DNA from: Somniosus microcephalus
Lineage: Eukaryota
Assembly (NCBI GenBank): GCA_052327205.1
Contig: CM126205.1
Location: 299,956,001 to 300,020,000, forward strand
DNA length: 64,000 nucleotides
Direction of reading: 5' to 3'
Below the pieces are notes generated by a model, which was not told the origin of the DNA, ran no database searches, and was given only the letters and a program-made list of their open reading frames with translations. Of the stretch, positions 24,878 through 37,109 are shown in pieces (within the stretch, counting starts at the first letter, position 1; every line of letters begins with the position of its first letter). The translations under genes were made by a program, and so were the position numbers.

Positions 24878-25428
24878 AGTGAGTACCAAACAAGGAAGTG
24901 CCTGAGCCTCCTGAAATCTCTGTGCCTTTTGTTTAACAATTGTTGATATACTTCCTCTATATTGCTTGGTTTGTGTCTCAAATAGAGCAGACATCCAACT
25001 GGTAAGTATTTTTGATGAAGGATTGTCGATGCTCTGAGATGAAACCAGCTTTTTTCTTTATTGATTTGATCCTGGTCGGCAAGAGACAAGAAACAAATGA
25101 CACTGTGATCAAGGCATTGTCCTCCCCCAGTGTTAACACAAGTTTTTCAAGCTACAATGCAAGTTAACTAATGTTGGCACTGGATGGAGGGACAGATTTG
25201 ACACCTTAACACAATATTGAATGTTGCACTAGTTCTAGGGCCTGGCCTGCTTTACGTCACTGTCGTGTGTGTATGGAACTGAGTTTGAAAAATATGAAGA
25301 AGAAACCAGGTTCTTGTTTCAGCAGCACACATTCCTCTCCTTTGATCCAAGAGGAGTAGGACATGCAGGCCGGGATCTATAGCTGTGGAAGGTCACCAGA
25401 TTCTCCAGGCAGAAAGTCTAATAATCTA

Positions 25429-25602
25429 GGGGCTGAATTTCCACGGTTCCTCCCAATCATTTGCCATAATGTCTGAGGAAGAGCCCAGAATCCCAGAAAA
25501 AGCAACTTAAGTTCCACTTACGCCAGCTTTTCCTGGGTTTCTGCGGCTCTTCCGCTGAAGTTACGACAGACGAGCGGGTGAACCCCTCAGAAATTCTCCC
25601 CT
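25429..25602. mobile_element. Short MITE
   Basis: Ends gggctgaatttc ... gaaattctcccc, with internal quasi-symmetry. Confidence 0.55.
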
Positions 25603-26142
25603 CACAGAGACTGATATAAAAAGTGTTGGGTGCCAATTAGAAGGGATTTGATTTTTCTGACAGTACCCGTGAATCTTGTATGATTTTCCCCCCACATTTT
25701 AGTTTGCCGCTGTTCCTCCAGCCATAAATGATAGTTATTGGCTCAAAAAGAATATTATGCCTCAAATTATTGACCTACCTACATAACTTCAGTGGAAGAT
25801 TGGTGAAACCCTGGAGAGCATGGCTACGAACGACTATTTCTCTGGGGATTCTGCTGATCTTTCGCCGAAATTATGGTTGGAGTTCAGGAGAAGCCTTCAG
25901 TGACACCAATCGTGTGCCAACCAAATGGCAAAGAGCATGTGCTGTGGAGTCTCTTGTCTCCATGTAGAGATAAAAAAAAACAGTCAGCATTTGAAGAGAG
26001 AAAAGAGAAGTTATTGTTTGAAGTAAAACCCTTCTTTCAAGCATTAGCTTATCTAAAGCACCTGACTGACTTGCTGTATATTTCTAGAATTTCCAACTTT
26101 TTCTTGTCTTTGTGGCCTTTTTATTAAAGGGACAAACATAAT

Positions 26143-26887
26143 GGCCCAAATTTTGCAAGGGTAAAAACTATTATAACGGAATAAGTTGGACAGCAACTTC
26201 TGGCATCTGCACATGCACAGTTAAACGCAGAAATCCGGAAGTTGCTGTCAGAGGTACCCTGCTCCTCCACAGGTTGCACTGTAACCGTCCTCGCCAATAG
26301 ACTCAGCACTGAAATCAATGCAACGCGTGAAATTGGGGTACTTGCCCATTAGTTCCCCACTAAAAATGACGGAAAAAAATTAGGGCTGGTACATTCAGGA
26401 ATAAGTGAATTTTAAACATCATGATAAGTGATAATTACTGCCAAACAACTGCTCTGGCCCTGAAAATTAAACTTTACAAGTGTGGAGTCTCATTCCTTCA
26501 GAAGCTAATTAGTGTTGGAGATTTTTAAAAAATAAAAATTACATTTTTATTTACATTTTCTGATATCTTTTTTTATCTCCCTTTCTGAATCCCATCTGTC
26601 TTTCCCAATCTTTATTTCACTTTCTGTACATGATTTAATTCTAATTTATACTTCCTGCTTTTTACTTCCTGGTTTCAGTGTCTCAGTGAGGATTCTTCCA
26701 TCTGATTGGTTGAAGAGCCTTGCTGTTACTTTGCCTGCTCACCGGTGCCATAGAGCCCCTGTAGAGGGCACCATGCTGGATCAGACACTGGATTAGAGCA
26801 AGTCTCTGCTCAAAAGCACGAGCAAACTTTGTGGGCATCTGTCAGCGGCGAGTGACGTTCCTTCACTGCTGATGCAAATTCCGGGTC
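26143..26887 (-). mobile_element. Harbinger-type MITE; inverted copy of 29019-29799
   Basis: aat|ggcccaaattttgc ... gcaaattccgggtc|att. Long reverse-complement similarity to 29019-29799. Confidence 0.8.
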
Positions 26888-28079
26888 ATTCAGGCCCAGA
26901 GGAGGAGAAAGTCGACTTGCGCACAGAACGGACGGCAGGTCAGTGGAGCGATTACTCCACACGCTGGTCCATGCTAGCCTGAGGCCCGAGCCAAAAGCAT
27001 TGGGCCTTGTTTGGGTGGGAAAGGTGAGCTGCAGGTGCAAAGTGGGCATCAAGATGCAGCTCGCCATTTGGAGCCTGACAAATTCAGCTGGCTCCAACGT
27101 CAAGCCATCCACAAGTAAGTCCTGGGGTGGGGGTGAAGGTTGAAGCCGAGCGAGGCAAGTCTGGGGCCAGCTGCAGCTCACATTAGTTTCGGGGAAGCAG
27201 GGAGAGCAATCCTGCTCCTTCCAGCTCCCCAGAAGTATAACTTAGAAAAAGTTCTGTGGCTGTTTTTTGAGTGACTTCTAGTGGTCCCTTTAAGAAGTCT
27301 GCCTAGTACCAGGCCATTCAAGACCTGGTGCTAGGCAGAGCTTGCACAGCGCAAGCTCAGGCCCTTTGTACCTGAATTTTGCATTGGGGCCCTAGAACTG
27401 GTGTAAGATTTGCAGAGTAAAGCAACCTGATGCCTGTTTCAGTCTCATGAATCGTTTGCCCATTTACAGGCCTGCCTGAGTATGGCATCAAGGTGAGGCT
27501 TGAGTATCAATGGGTGACTGAGTTACCCCCGCCTGATATTGTACACATGGCTTCCCATTTTTCAGGTGCAAAATGAGTGGCTATGAGTTGAATTTCTCCC
27601 CCAGAGTGTCTAAAGTAAACTAAATTCAGCTGTTCAGCAGATTATCTGAAACTGGCCAAATTCTAGAGGCTTGAGAGCTAATTTTCATCTACAGGTCAAA
27701 GTCAGTTCTAAATGGTTAAGAATTGTGCAAACCCTACCCAAATTGTCAAGTGCAAAATTGTACTCAATTCTCTATTGGAAGCTTATTGGAATTATTATTA
27801 ACAACACCAGGTGCAGTCTCTGTTGGTTTAGGGAGGACATGAGTAATGGAAAAAAAATGCATTTAAGACAAGTTTAATCTAATGGGAATAATTAAAGGGG
27901 AGTCTTTTAATAAGAAGACATAGATTGGAGGGCTTTAGAAGACATCTCAACTCATTAATAGCCTTGGTTAAGGTTGCAGGAGCAGGTGGTTAATAAATGG
28001 CAGAGAAAAATGAAGGGAAAGGGTTTCCTAGGTGCTCTGCCACTTTCAGCCTGTTACCCATTGTCACTGACTTCATTCA

Positions 28080-28450
28080 TCTTAAACCGTTTTGCCTCTC
28101 CACCTCCCTCTTTTCCTTTAAGATCCACTTTAAGAGCCATCTCTTCAAGATTTTGGTCCCCCCCCCCCTCCTAATATCTTCTTCTTTGGCTTGGCAGCCA
28201 TTATTTTGATCACACCTCTGCATGTTTAGCTGGAGGAAATTGTGGCTCTTCCATGAATGGATGTCGAACAAGCAGTCTGACAACAGAGAGACGGTGGAGG
28301 GGTCAAGAGAGGTGCTCCAGGAGTAGAGCTGGATGTCGTCAATGTACATGTGGAAGCTAGCCTCGCGTGGCAAAGGGGCAGCTTGTAGCTGAGGAAGAGG
28401 ATGAGCCAAAGATAGAGCATTGGGGGACTCCGGAGGTAACAGTGTGGGGG
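28080..28450. mobile_element. L2 LINE fragments in two orientations
   Basis: The minus strand encodes SFHMYIDDIQLY...NFLQLN (L2 RT). An L2 3'-type sequence lies on the plus strand at about 28080-28210. Confidence 0.65.
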
Positions 28451-29018
28451 CTATAATCGAATGGAAAAAGCAAAAAGGAGGAAAGAAGAAAAATATTTGA
28501 TGTAGGGAGAAGTAGTTTCCATGGAATCTATGTATCATCTTCTGTCCCCTGTATCCAATTTTACAGTATATTTTAAAGCCACACTGTAGCGGTATGATAC
28601 ATGCATCTGCCCCCCAGAAATTATGAATTTGCAATTCTAAAACCCAGTATTTTGTAAAACTTATATTGTTGCAGACTTAGCAACTATCATAGCTCACCCA
28701 ACCAATCAACGTATTGGACAAAATCGAGTGCGTAGACTTCTCTCAGGAACATATATTCATTCATGTCATGGCAATGTTCTTTAAATTCCTTTTGATCAAG
28801 GTATCTTTAAATTCTGTCCTTCTGAGGAGTAACCTTTAGTGGCAACAGTGATAGGTCTTTCCTTCTAGGGCAACTATTGTTAATGTTATATTTAACCTGG
28901 GAAACTTAATGGCATTCAAATCTCCTCAGTACAGCAAAATGAGGGAAGCTAAAAGGTGGGCCATATCACAATTTAAAAATGAATATCTCTTTAATCCAAT
29001 GCTGTCCAATAACACAAT

Positions 29019-29799
29019 GGCCCGGATTTTTCAGTTAGCAGCCAAGGAACGGCGCTTGCCGTTAACTAAGCTGAGAGCTGCCCACAGAGTTTTCACTGGC
29101 TTTTGAGTGTAGACTTGCTGTCATCAGGCACCTGATCCAGTGGGGAACCCTCTACAGGAGATCTGTGGTGTCTGTGAGCAGACGGGCAACAGCAAGGCTC
29201 TTCAACCAATCAGATTGAAGAATCCTCACTGAGATATGCAGAATCTAAACCAGGAAGTATAAATTAGATTTAAATCATGTACAGAAAGCAAAATATAGAT
29301 TGGGAAAGAAAGATGAGATAAAGAGAGAGAGATAAAAGACAGACAGAAAAAGTTCAAAAGAATTATTTTAATTTGTAGTTCTTCTTAAATCTCCAACACT
29401 AATTTAATTATGAGGGAATGAATCTCCACACTTGTAAAATTAAATTTTCAAGGCCAGAGAGGTTGTTTGGCAGTAATTATCACTTGTCACACCATTAAAA
29501 TTCACTTACTTCTGAATGCACCAGCCCTAATATTTTCTGCTGTGTTTAGTGGTGAACTAATGGGTAAGTACTGCAACTTTATGCCATTACATTGATTTCA
29601 GTGCCGAATCTATTGGCATCTGTTGGAACCTATCTGTTACAGCGCGCCCTGTGGAGGAGCGGGGTATCACCGACAGCAACTTCCGGATTCCAGCATTTAA
29701 CTGCGCATGTGTGGACGCCGGAAGTTGCTATCCGATTTACTCCGTAATAATGGTGAGCACTGTTAGCCTCACCGTTATTATCATTGCAAAATCCGGGCC
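29019..29799 (+). mobile_element. Harbinger-type MITE, TSD AAT
   Basis: Perfect 12-bp TIR GGCCCGGATTTT / AAAATCCGGGCC, with AAT on both sides. Confidence 0.85.
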
Positions 29800-30674
29800 A
29801 ATGTTGTGGTCTGTTTTTTTAACGTTTTTTGCTGCCTAAATTTTTAACAGTTGCGTCCAGAGTGATTTTCTTGTTTGGGATCCCATGAAAAGAGAGCTAC
29901 AATTTTATGCTGTGGTGATCACTAAGCTACTGGAAGGCCAGCTAGCTATAAACAAGTTTGTCAAACAGTTGAAAATCATTATTGTTTTCATGAATTATTC
30001 TTTTATTCTGTACAAGATATTGCGTATATAGGAAAGTAAATATCCATCACCTTTTTATGGGTCTGTAAAATATATTCCGTAGAAGTAAATGTGTGTGCAC
30101 AATGAACAGACTGCAACATTTGAAAACAGTATCACGGAACTGCTTTTAAATGTTGCAGTCTGTTCCAATGAATATTGATTCTGCTTACATGATGTTGGAC
30201 TCATTGGGATTTGCATACGAATCCAGTATCAGTTTTCCAGTTCATTCATGAACCAGCAGGTGATACACACTTATCCTCTCCCTGAGTTGAAATCAAGATT
30301 CATTGCATAGTCTTCTACTCTCACTCATTCTTTTCTAGGACCTTAAAACTGTGGAACTTATTGCTTCCCTCAGTTGTTTCCTCCTCCATCAAGGCGCAAG
30401 CTTTTAAAACCCATGTTCGGCATGATTTAACCACTGCTCCTTGATATATCCTGTCTTCTTTCCTAATCTTTTCAATGTTGGTGCAACCTCGCCATTGCTT
30501 TCTCAATTCAAACAAAGATTTCAAACACAAATGGCTGCTGCTTCCAAACTGCTGGCACCCTCCTGTAGTTGGTTTATCATGCAGATTTTCCCCCAGCATA
30601 TTTTGCCCATTGTTTTATCACTGGTAGTTGGGTTTTAAACTCAGAACAACAGATTCATTTTTAATTTGCAGTTC

Positions 30675-30676
<2 letters not shown>

Positions 30677-30716
<40 letters not shown>
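30677..30716. repeat. (GT)20 microsatellite
   Basis: Read directly from the sequence. Confidence 0.97.
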
Positions 30717-30718
<2 letters not shown>

Positions 30719-32122
30719 ACAATTTTTTTAAAAATCCCTATTTTTAATTTAACTTTTGTTGACTTGTATTAAAATAAATATCAATTTAAAACAGTAGAAA
30801 AAAATGCTGCATAAACAGGCAGAAGTTATCAACGGTATTGTTTTGGTGTATGCAGAATTCCGAAGTGGAGGTCTCGTCACCAGAATACAGTGTCATACAA
30901 GGGCTGAGATCTAATTAAACTAGTTCAGAGTCTGTGAGGTTGGCTGGTGTCAGATACAGTTGTACAAATTTCCACACCCCGTGTTCAAACTTAGGTCCCA
31001 AAGATGATAACCCACTGTATTAGCTGTTCTTGTTGAGATCTACACTTTCTTCACTAATGAACTTTAATGATGACTGGTGAATACATTCTACTAGCTGTGA
31101 TCCCTTTTTTTTATTGGTTGACTTTAGTGATCAGCCAATACATTACCACAGGACAGGTAAAAAAAAACTCAAACTCATTTTTAGGGTACAGTGACTTCAT
31201 TAATAATGTGCAAAATTCCAGAACCATGTACGAATTCTAATGTATATTTACAACTATGTAGCAATCATCTCATTTTAATGTAAATAGAACAACAAATTAA
31301 CTCAAAAGGTCAGTACCATTCAATTAATGTGTCTGCAGAAGCAAAAAATGAACACTTCATAATTGGGAAAAACTTTAAGTATTTGTATGTTAAATTCAAG
31401 TCAGCTGAAGTCCTTTAACCTGAAAATAAGTATGTATATTAAACAAGCTACATTAAGATATAAAGCACAAATTAAACAGGAATAAAGAGGAGAATATTTT
31501 GCAATCTTTATTAAATAGAGGTATGATTTTTTTTTTAAATACACTCTTCATTTCCATTCTGTGGAATTGCTGATCCAAACATAATCCGAGTGCACTGGCA
31601 AAGCACTGTATTTCTCAGCAAACTTCAGTATTTACTGACTTATCAGCATTTATCGGTGCTAAAATGAACGTCAATACCAGTGATTTCTGTCAGGAGCAAC
31701 ACTTATGATACCTGAAGGCATTTGAAATTGTGTTTAAAAAAAAAACAGGTTGCCTGCCTTTCATCTCACCTACTGTCTGGCTTCAGTTTCTGTGAGGATT
31801 ACTTTGATCTAGCTGTTTCAGAATAGATTAATGCATTAACAGGAACAGGCAGGAAGAGTAAGAAGAAAAAAAGACAAATGTAATAAATGCAACCTGGCTC
31901 ACACCACAGGGAAACCTTTGCTTCCATTTGATTCTCTGCAGCCCCGTCCATAAATCTCTTCCCTACATATCAGTAGCCCATGAAATCCTGGAGGAGTTCA
32001 CATTCTGGCCATTCTAATTATACAGACGTTACTTACTGCACAATAAAATGGGCTTTTAAAAATTAATAAAACTAGCATTTGCTATTTTCCTTGTATCTCT
32101 ATTTCAGAAGTGCTGCTAATTT

Positions 32123-32155
32123 TGCTACCATCTGGTGGCTATTTGAGGAACTGTC
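32123..32155 (-). promoter_or_regulatory. Candidate CTCF site with an upstream motif
   Basis: The minus strand reads GACAGTTCC-TCAAA-TAGCCACCAGATGGTAGCA, in apparently non-repetitive intron. Confidence 0.4.
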
Positions 32156-32534
32156 ACAATGAAAAGCTGCTTTTTCTGCCCCCTATAGACATACATACAT
32201 GTGTTAAAATGGTTAACTATGCCACTCAAGTACCTTATATATAGGGCTGTTATTAATAGACATTAATATTAATATAAACCTAGCAAGTGCATTCCAGTCA
32301 TGTAGTTTCAAGACATTGCAGTGATTTGTGCCATCTATATTTGTGTCACTGATGCCTGTTTCTAATCTCGACTCTAATGTCCAAATTTAGCTATGCTTGG
32401 TTAGTTATTCTGGCTTTTATATATGGTGGTATCCTTTAGTATGCAGTTCATATTTTATAGCTAGATGTGTGATATTAAGTGCGCTTATAAAAATATGTAG
32501 GAAATATAAACCAGACCATAAAAGAAATGAAAAG

Positions 32535-34032
32535 GGGGTAATTTTAACTATCGGGTGGTCAACCAATGAAATGACTGACAGTACCATTTTGAGGGCCGGG
32601 CCTCATCAACATAAGGTCGGCAGGATGCTGTCAGAAAACGAGTGCCCAGCGCAGCCTGCTGCCTCCGGGCCTCTGAAATATCGGGCAGCCCAGCCAGCCT
32701 TCAGGACTGGAAACAGGTAGAGCCACACGGACTGCAGCAGTTCAAGAAGGCGGCTCACCACCACCTTCTCAAGGGCAACTAGGGGATGGACAATAAATAC
32801 TGGTCTTGCCAGCGACGCCCACATCCCATAAACAAATTTTTTAAAAAGTCTGTTCTTGGGGAGCCATGGTGGTGGTGGTGGGAAGGGAATCAGTGGCCCA
32901 GGTTGTTTTTGTGGAGCCTGAAGGAACACTCCTGCTGCGCCAGGCCCCACAAAAAATAATTCAAAACTTACCTTTTTGGGTTGCTGTTCTGCTGTACCGC
33001 CAGTAAAACTAATCAGAGAATACACGGCGCATGAGCTGCCAAGTTGTCTCCCAATATGCCAGTCAGGGTCCTATGTACGTTCTGGAACCCCAATTTGCAT
33101 ATTAAAAAAGCTTACCACCTGAAACGGGCAGATGTTTTAGCCACCCACTGGTCGGCCTCTTTAAAAATGATGGCAGAAGGAGCATTGGTTCGGGGGCGGT
33201 AGGTCTGCTAATCCCATTTTGAGCCATTTAATGGGCCAGAAATTAGGATCGGGAGCTTGCCGCGCGTGCAAGCCCCCGATGTGCACTCACCCGGCGCGCC
33301 GACATCTGAAGCCCGGGCCTGCTTGGAATTCCTGTCACTGGCCCGGTTCAGATGTCGGCGTGATGTGCTTGCCTGATCCAGCGGCGTAGTTAGTGCGATG
33401 TGCCGGCTGGGATCAGGTGAGCACTCTGCAGCCAATCAGGGGAGGGGAAACGTCATTCATGAGTTTGATAGTAAAGACTGTCAAACTCATGAAAAGTACG
33501 GGCGCCCAAAAGACTAGTTTAACTTTAAATAAAATTTTAAAAAACATCCCAATAATTAAATAAACTATAAATAACTTTAAAAAACTATTTTAAACAATTA
33601 ATAAAATTTTTGAAAAAAATAATTTTTAACGAAATCGGGTCTAAAAATAAACTTACCTTACTGTAAAGTTCTTAAAAACAATGAAGCTGTGGAAAAAATG
33701 TAATCATTTTAAATAATAGACCACTTATCTTCAAGAATCCACTCCTTACGCCTCCTTTTTATATGTCTAAAAAGTTCAGGCCCTTGCACACGCGCAAACC
33801 TGTCAAAAAGAAGGAAGTTCAACGCGTGCACGCAGAGTCCTGTGCGCACGCGTTGGACCTCTGAACCCCTTGGAGGAAATGCCGGTTTCCCGCGCATGCG
33901 TTGTGCATGCTGAAATCCGGCACTTCAAACGGGCCCACGCGTGAGTACCCCCGTCCGTACTCACGCGTTGGGACCGGAATTACTGGCCCATTGCCTTGTT
34001 AATGCTGATTTGGATGAGTTAAAAGCGGCCCC
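32535..34032. mobile_element. Harbinger-type MITE hosting a LINE tail (about 32723-32848) and a second MITE (33233-33989)
   Basis: Ends ggggtaattttaact ... agttaaaagcggcccc, with recognisable nested inserts. Confidence 0.55.
33233..33989. mobile_element. Harbinger-type MITE, same family as 18255-19022
   Basis: aat|GGGCCAGAAATT ... AATTACTGGCCC|att. Confidence 0.85.
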
Positions 34033-34161
34033 ACTTTCAAGACTCCTCTTTGGTTAAAACTGGTCAGAGCCGAGCGTACACGGGGCATGCGCCATCTAGT
34101 TCTGTTCTAAAATGGTGATTGGGGTCCTAAGTATGTTTGTTCCCAAAAAGTCTTTAATCAG

Positions 34162-34207
34162 AAAATTGTTAAAATATTTACCACAAAATTGTTAAAATAT
34201 TTACCAC
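34162..34207. repeat. Exact tandem duplication of a 23-bp unit
   Basis: aaaattgttaaaatatttaccac twice. Confidence 0.9.
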
Positions 34208-34570
34208 AAGTTAGTGTTTTAATGTAAGATGTGGCTATTTGCGAAGGAAACAATAAATAAAGTTTTTAATTAATCATAAGCGATAACTGGCTAGGAGATT
34301 CTAATCATTACCTTTATTCTCTCCTCATTTGCTGTACAAGATGGATTTCTGCTGTTGGAGCTGTCTGCTATTATGACTACACATAATATACCTTTGTAAA
34401 GATATCCCTTTTATAGCTGGTGTAACACCCTGTTCTCAAACTGGTCATATTTCATGGATAGAGCATCTGTTTTGCAATGTGTATCAATCTACCTTATGCC
34501 TGAACTAGAGCTAAGGAATAGATCCAGATGTGACATGTCCTCTACTTCCTGTTCTTTCTTTTTTCTTTCA

Positions 34571-35823
34571 CTACTTGGCTCCCGAACTCATTACAGCCTT
34601 GGTCCAAACCTGGACAAAGGAGCTGAATTTCAGAGGTGAGGTGAGAGTGACTGCCCCTGAGATCAAGGCAGCATTTGACCGAGTCTGGCATCAAGGAGCC
34701 CTAGTAAAACTGAAGTCAATGGGAGTCAGGGGGGAAAACGCCACACTGACTGGAGTAATACCTAGCACAAAAGAAGATGGTTGTGGTGGTTGGAGGTCAA
34801 TTATCACAGCTCCAGGACATCGCTGCAGGAGTCCTTGAGGGCAGTGTCCTAGGCCCAAACATTTTCAGCTGCTTCATCAATGACCTTCCCTCCAACATAA
34901 GGTCAGAAGTAGGGATGTTCGCTGATGACTGCACAGTGTTCAGTGCCATTCACAACTCCTCAGATAACGAAGCAGTCCATGCCCGCATGCAGCAAGACCT
35001 GGATGATATTCAGGCTTGGGCTGATAAGTGGCAGGTAACATTCGCACCACACAAGTGCCAGGCAATGACTATCTCCAACAAGCGAGCATCTAACCACCTC
35101 CCCATGACATTCAACGGCATTATCATCGCTGAATCCCCAACCATTAATATCCTGGGGGTCACCATTAACCAGAAACTTAACTGGACCAGCCACATAAATA
35201 CTGTGGCAACAAGAGCAGGTCAGAGGCTGAGTATTCTGTGGCGAGTGTCTCACCTCCTGATTCCCCAAAGCCTTTCCACTATCTACAAGGCACAAATAAG
35301 AAGTGTGATGGAATACTCTCCACTTGCCTGGATGACTGCAGCTCCAACAACACTCAAGAAGCTTGACACCATCCAAGATAAAGCAGCCCGCTTGATTGGC
35401 ACCCCATCCACCACCTTAAACATTCACTCCCTCCACCACCGGCGCACCGTGGCTGCAGTGTGTACCATCTACAAGATGCACTGCAGCAACTCGCCAAGGC
35501 TTCTTCGGCAGCACCTCCCAAACCCACGACCTCCACCACCTAGAAGGACAAGGGCAGCAGGCGCATGGGAACACCACCATCTCTAAATTCCCTTCCAAGT
35601 CACACACCATCCTGACTTGGAAGTATATCACCGATCCTTCATCATCGCTGGGTTAAAATCCTAGACCTCCCTCCCTAACAGCACTGTGGGAGTACCTTCA
35701 CCACACGGACTGCAGCGGTTCAAGGACGCAGCTCACCAGCACTTTCTCAAAGGCAACTAGGGATGGGCAATAAATGCTGGCCTTGCCAGCGACGTCCACA
35801 TCCCATGAATGAATTTTTAAAAA
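34571..35823 (+). mobile_element. 5'-truncated CR1-group LINE (RT and 3' tail)
   Basis: AAFDRVWH, GSVLGP and MFADD in ORF 34777..35586. The 3' tail is shared with the copies at 60833 and 11939. Confidence 0.92.
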
Positions 35824-35964
35824 CTCGTCCTGCCAGGTCTAGTGCAAATTTAGCAAGATTGCATTGGCATTACCTTGTGGTTGCATTACTTTTATAATTC
35901 TTCCACTTGAACGCAATCCATACTTATATGAAGGAACAGAAACAGGAAATTTCATCTAAAATGC

Positions 35965-36380
35965 CTTCATGTACTTGGCTCAGTTGGGAAATGCACTATA
36001 TAGTTTAGAACTGAACAATGCCAACTAGGAAGATCCCAGATTTGATCCCTAGTCTGTGCTGAGCTGCTGATCTCAGTCAGGGCAATACTAGGAGCCTCCT
36101 TATCCCTGGGCCATAGAGGAGAGAGAGAAAAATAACCACCATTCTCTCTCTCAATCATTCTCCGATGGTGGCTACTAGACTGTGCTCATATACGGACATA
36201 AGATGAGGACAGGATCGGTTTGCCTGTGATGCTGTCACAGTCAAATAGCCTGCCAATGCTCCCTGTCTCAACTCAGACATGAAGAATGGAAATTTGATCA
36301 AAGTACTGGTGGGTAACCAGCATCCCTGGAACCACACCCCAGTTTGAATCAGCACTTTCATGAGAGGAGAGGAGAAAATT
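35965..36380 (+). mobile_element. Old tRNA-headed SINE-like element
   Basis: A-box-like tggctcagttgg, decayed B-box-like gatttgatcc, and a purine-rich end. Confidence 0.45.
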
Positions 36381-37021
36381 CATTGAAAGTTATTTCAACA
36401 TCTTCAAGTATATGCTGGTTTAGTATAAGGGCTGTGATATAACTAATGGTCCCTCGGGAACGGGATTGGCAATGTTAAAAGCACATTATCTGTGAGTTAT
36501 ATCTGGTTAAACGATCATGAAGGAAGCTCCTAACACTAGAGTGAAATTAATGGAGCTGTTCTGATTCAAAAAAGTAGCAGAATTTCAAAGCAAAGCACTC
36601 TATGACAAATTGGTGTAAGCTCGATATAAGTTTTTGTAGCACTAAAGTACTTCCAGGAAATCAGTAGGGAATGATGAGGATCATAAAAATGAGATGAAAG
36701 CACATTTTTTTCTGTAATGATGGTGTGTTAGTTCAGAATTTCTGCTGATCTCTAATCTGAACCCTAACTCTAAACTTCAGGAGAAGAGGTTTCAGCATCA
36801 AAATTGTAGCAGGCTCTTTCGTGTTCTAGGTGTAGCAGAGGAGAAGCAAATTAAATGCAAGAATAAAATTATCTGGTTCTGAATATAACAACAAACCTCT
36901 TGTGAGACTAATTATTAACAGATTTATTGATAGGGCATTGCACTAAGATTGATAGTTATGAATATTCTGCGCTGCTAATACATTTGGTCCGCGGGTATTA
37001 AGGATCTCACTTCTTTTTCAG

Positions 37022-37109
37022 GAAAAACTGGACCAGTTCTTGGGTTTGCCTCGAGGGAAACAGAATTGAATTCTACAAAGAACGCAAACAACAAACTTTA
37101 GCCAGTTTG
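37022..37109 (+). CDS. ARHGAP15: ARHGAP15 coding exon (equivalent to human exon 5), 88 nt, phase 2/0: (R)KNWTSSWVCLEGNRIEFYKERKQQTLASL
   Basis: Acceptor ttctttttcag and donor gtaagc. It completes the split AG+G Arg codon and resembles human KNWSTSWIVLSSRRIEFYKESKQQALSNM. Confidence 0.95.

Noticed and set aside
34777-35586. 269-aa RT ORF as a functional or domesticated gene
   Set aside because: It is part of a 5'-truncated LINE with a frameshift upstream, and a disrupted sibling lies at 60833-62366.
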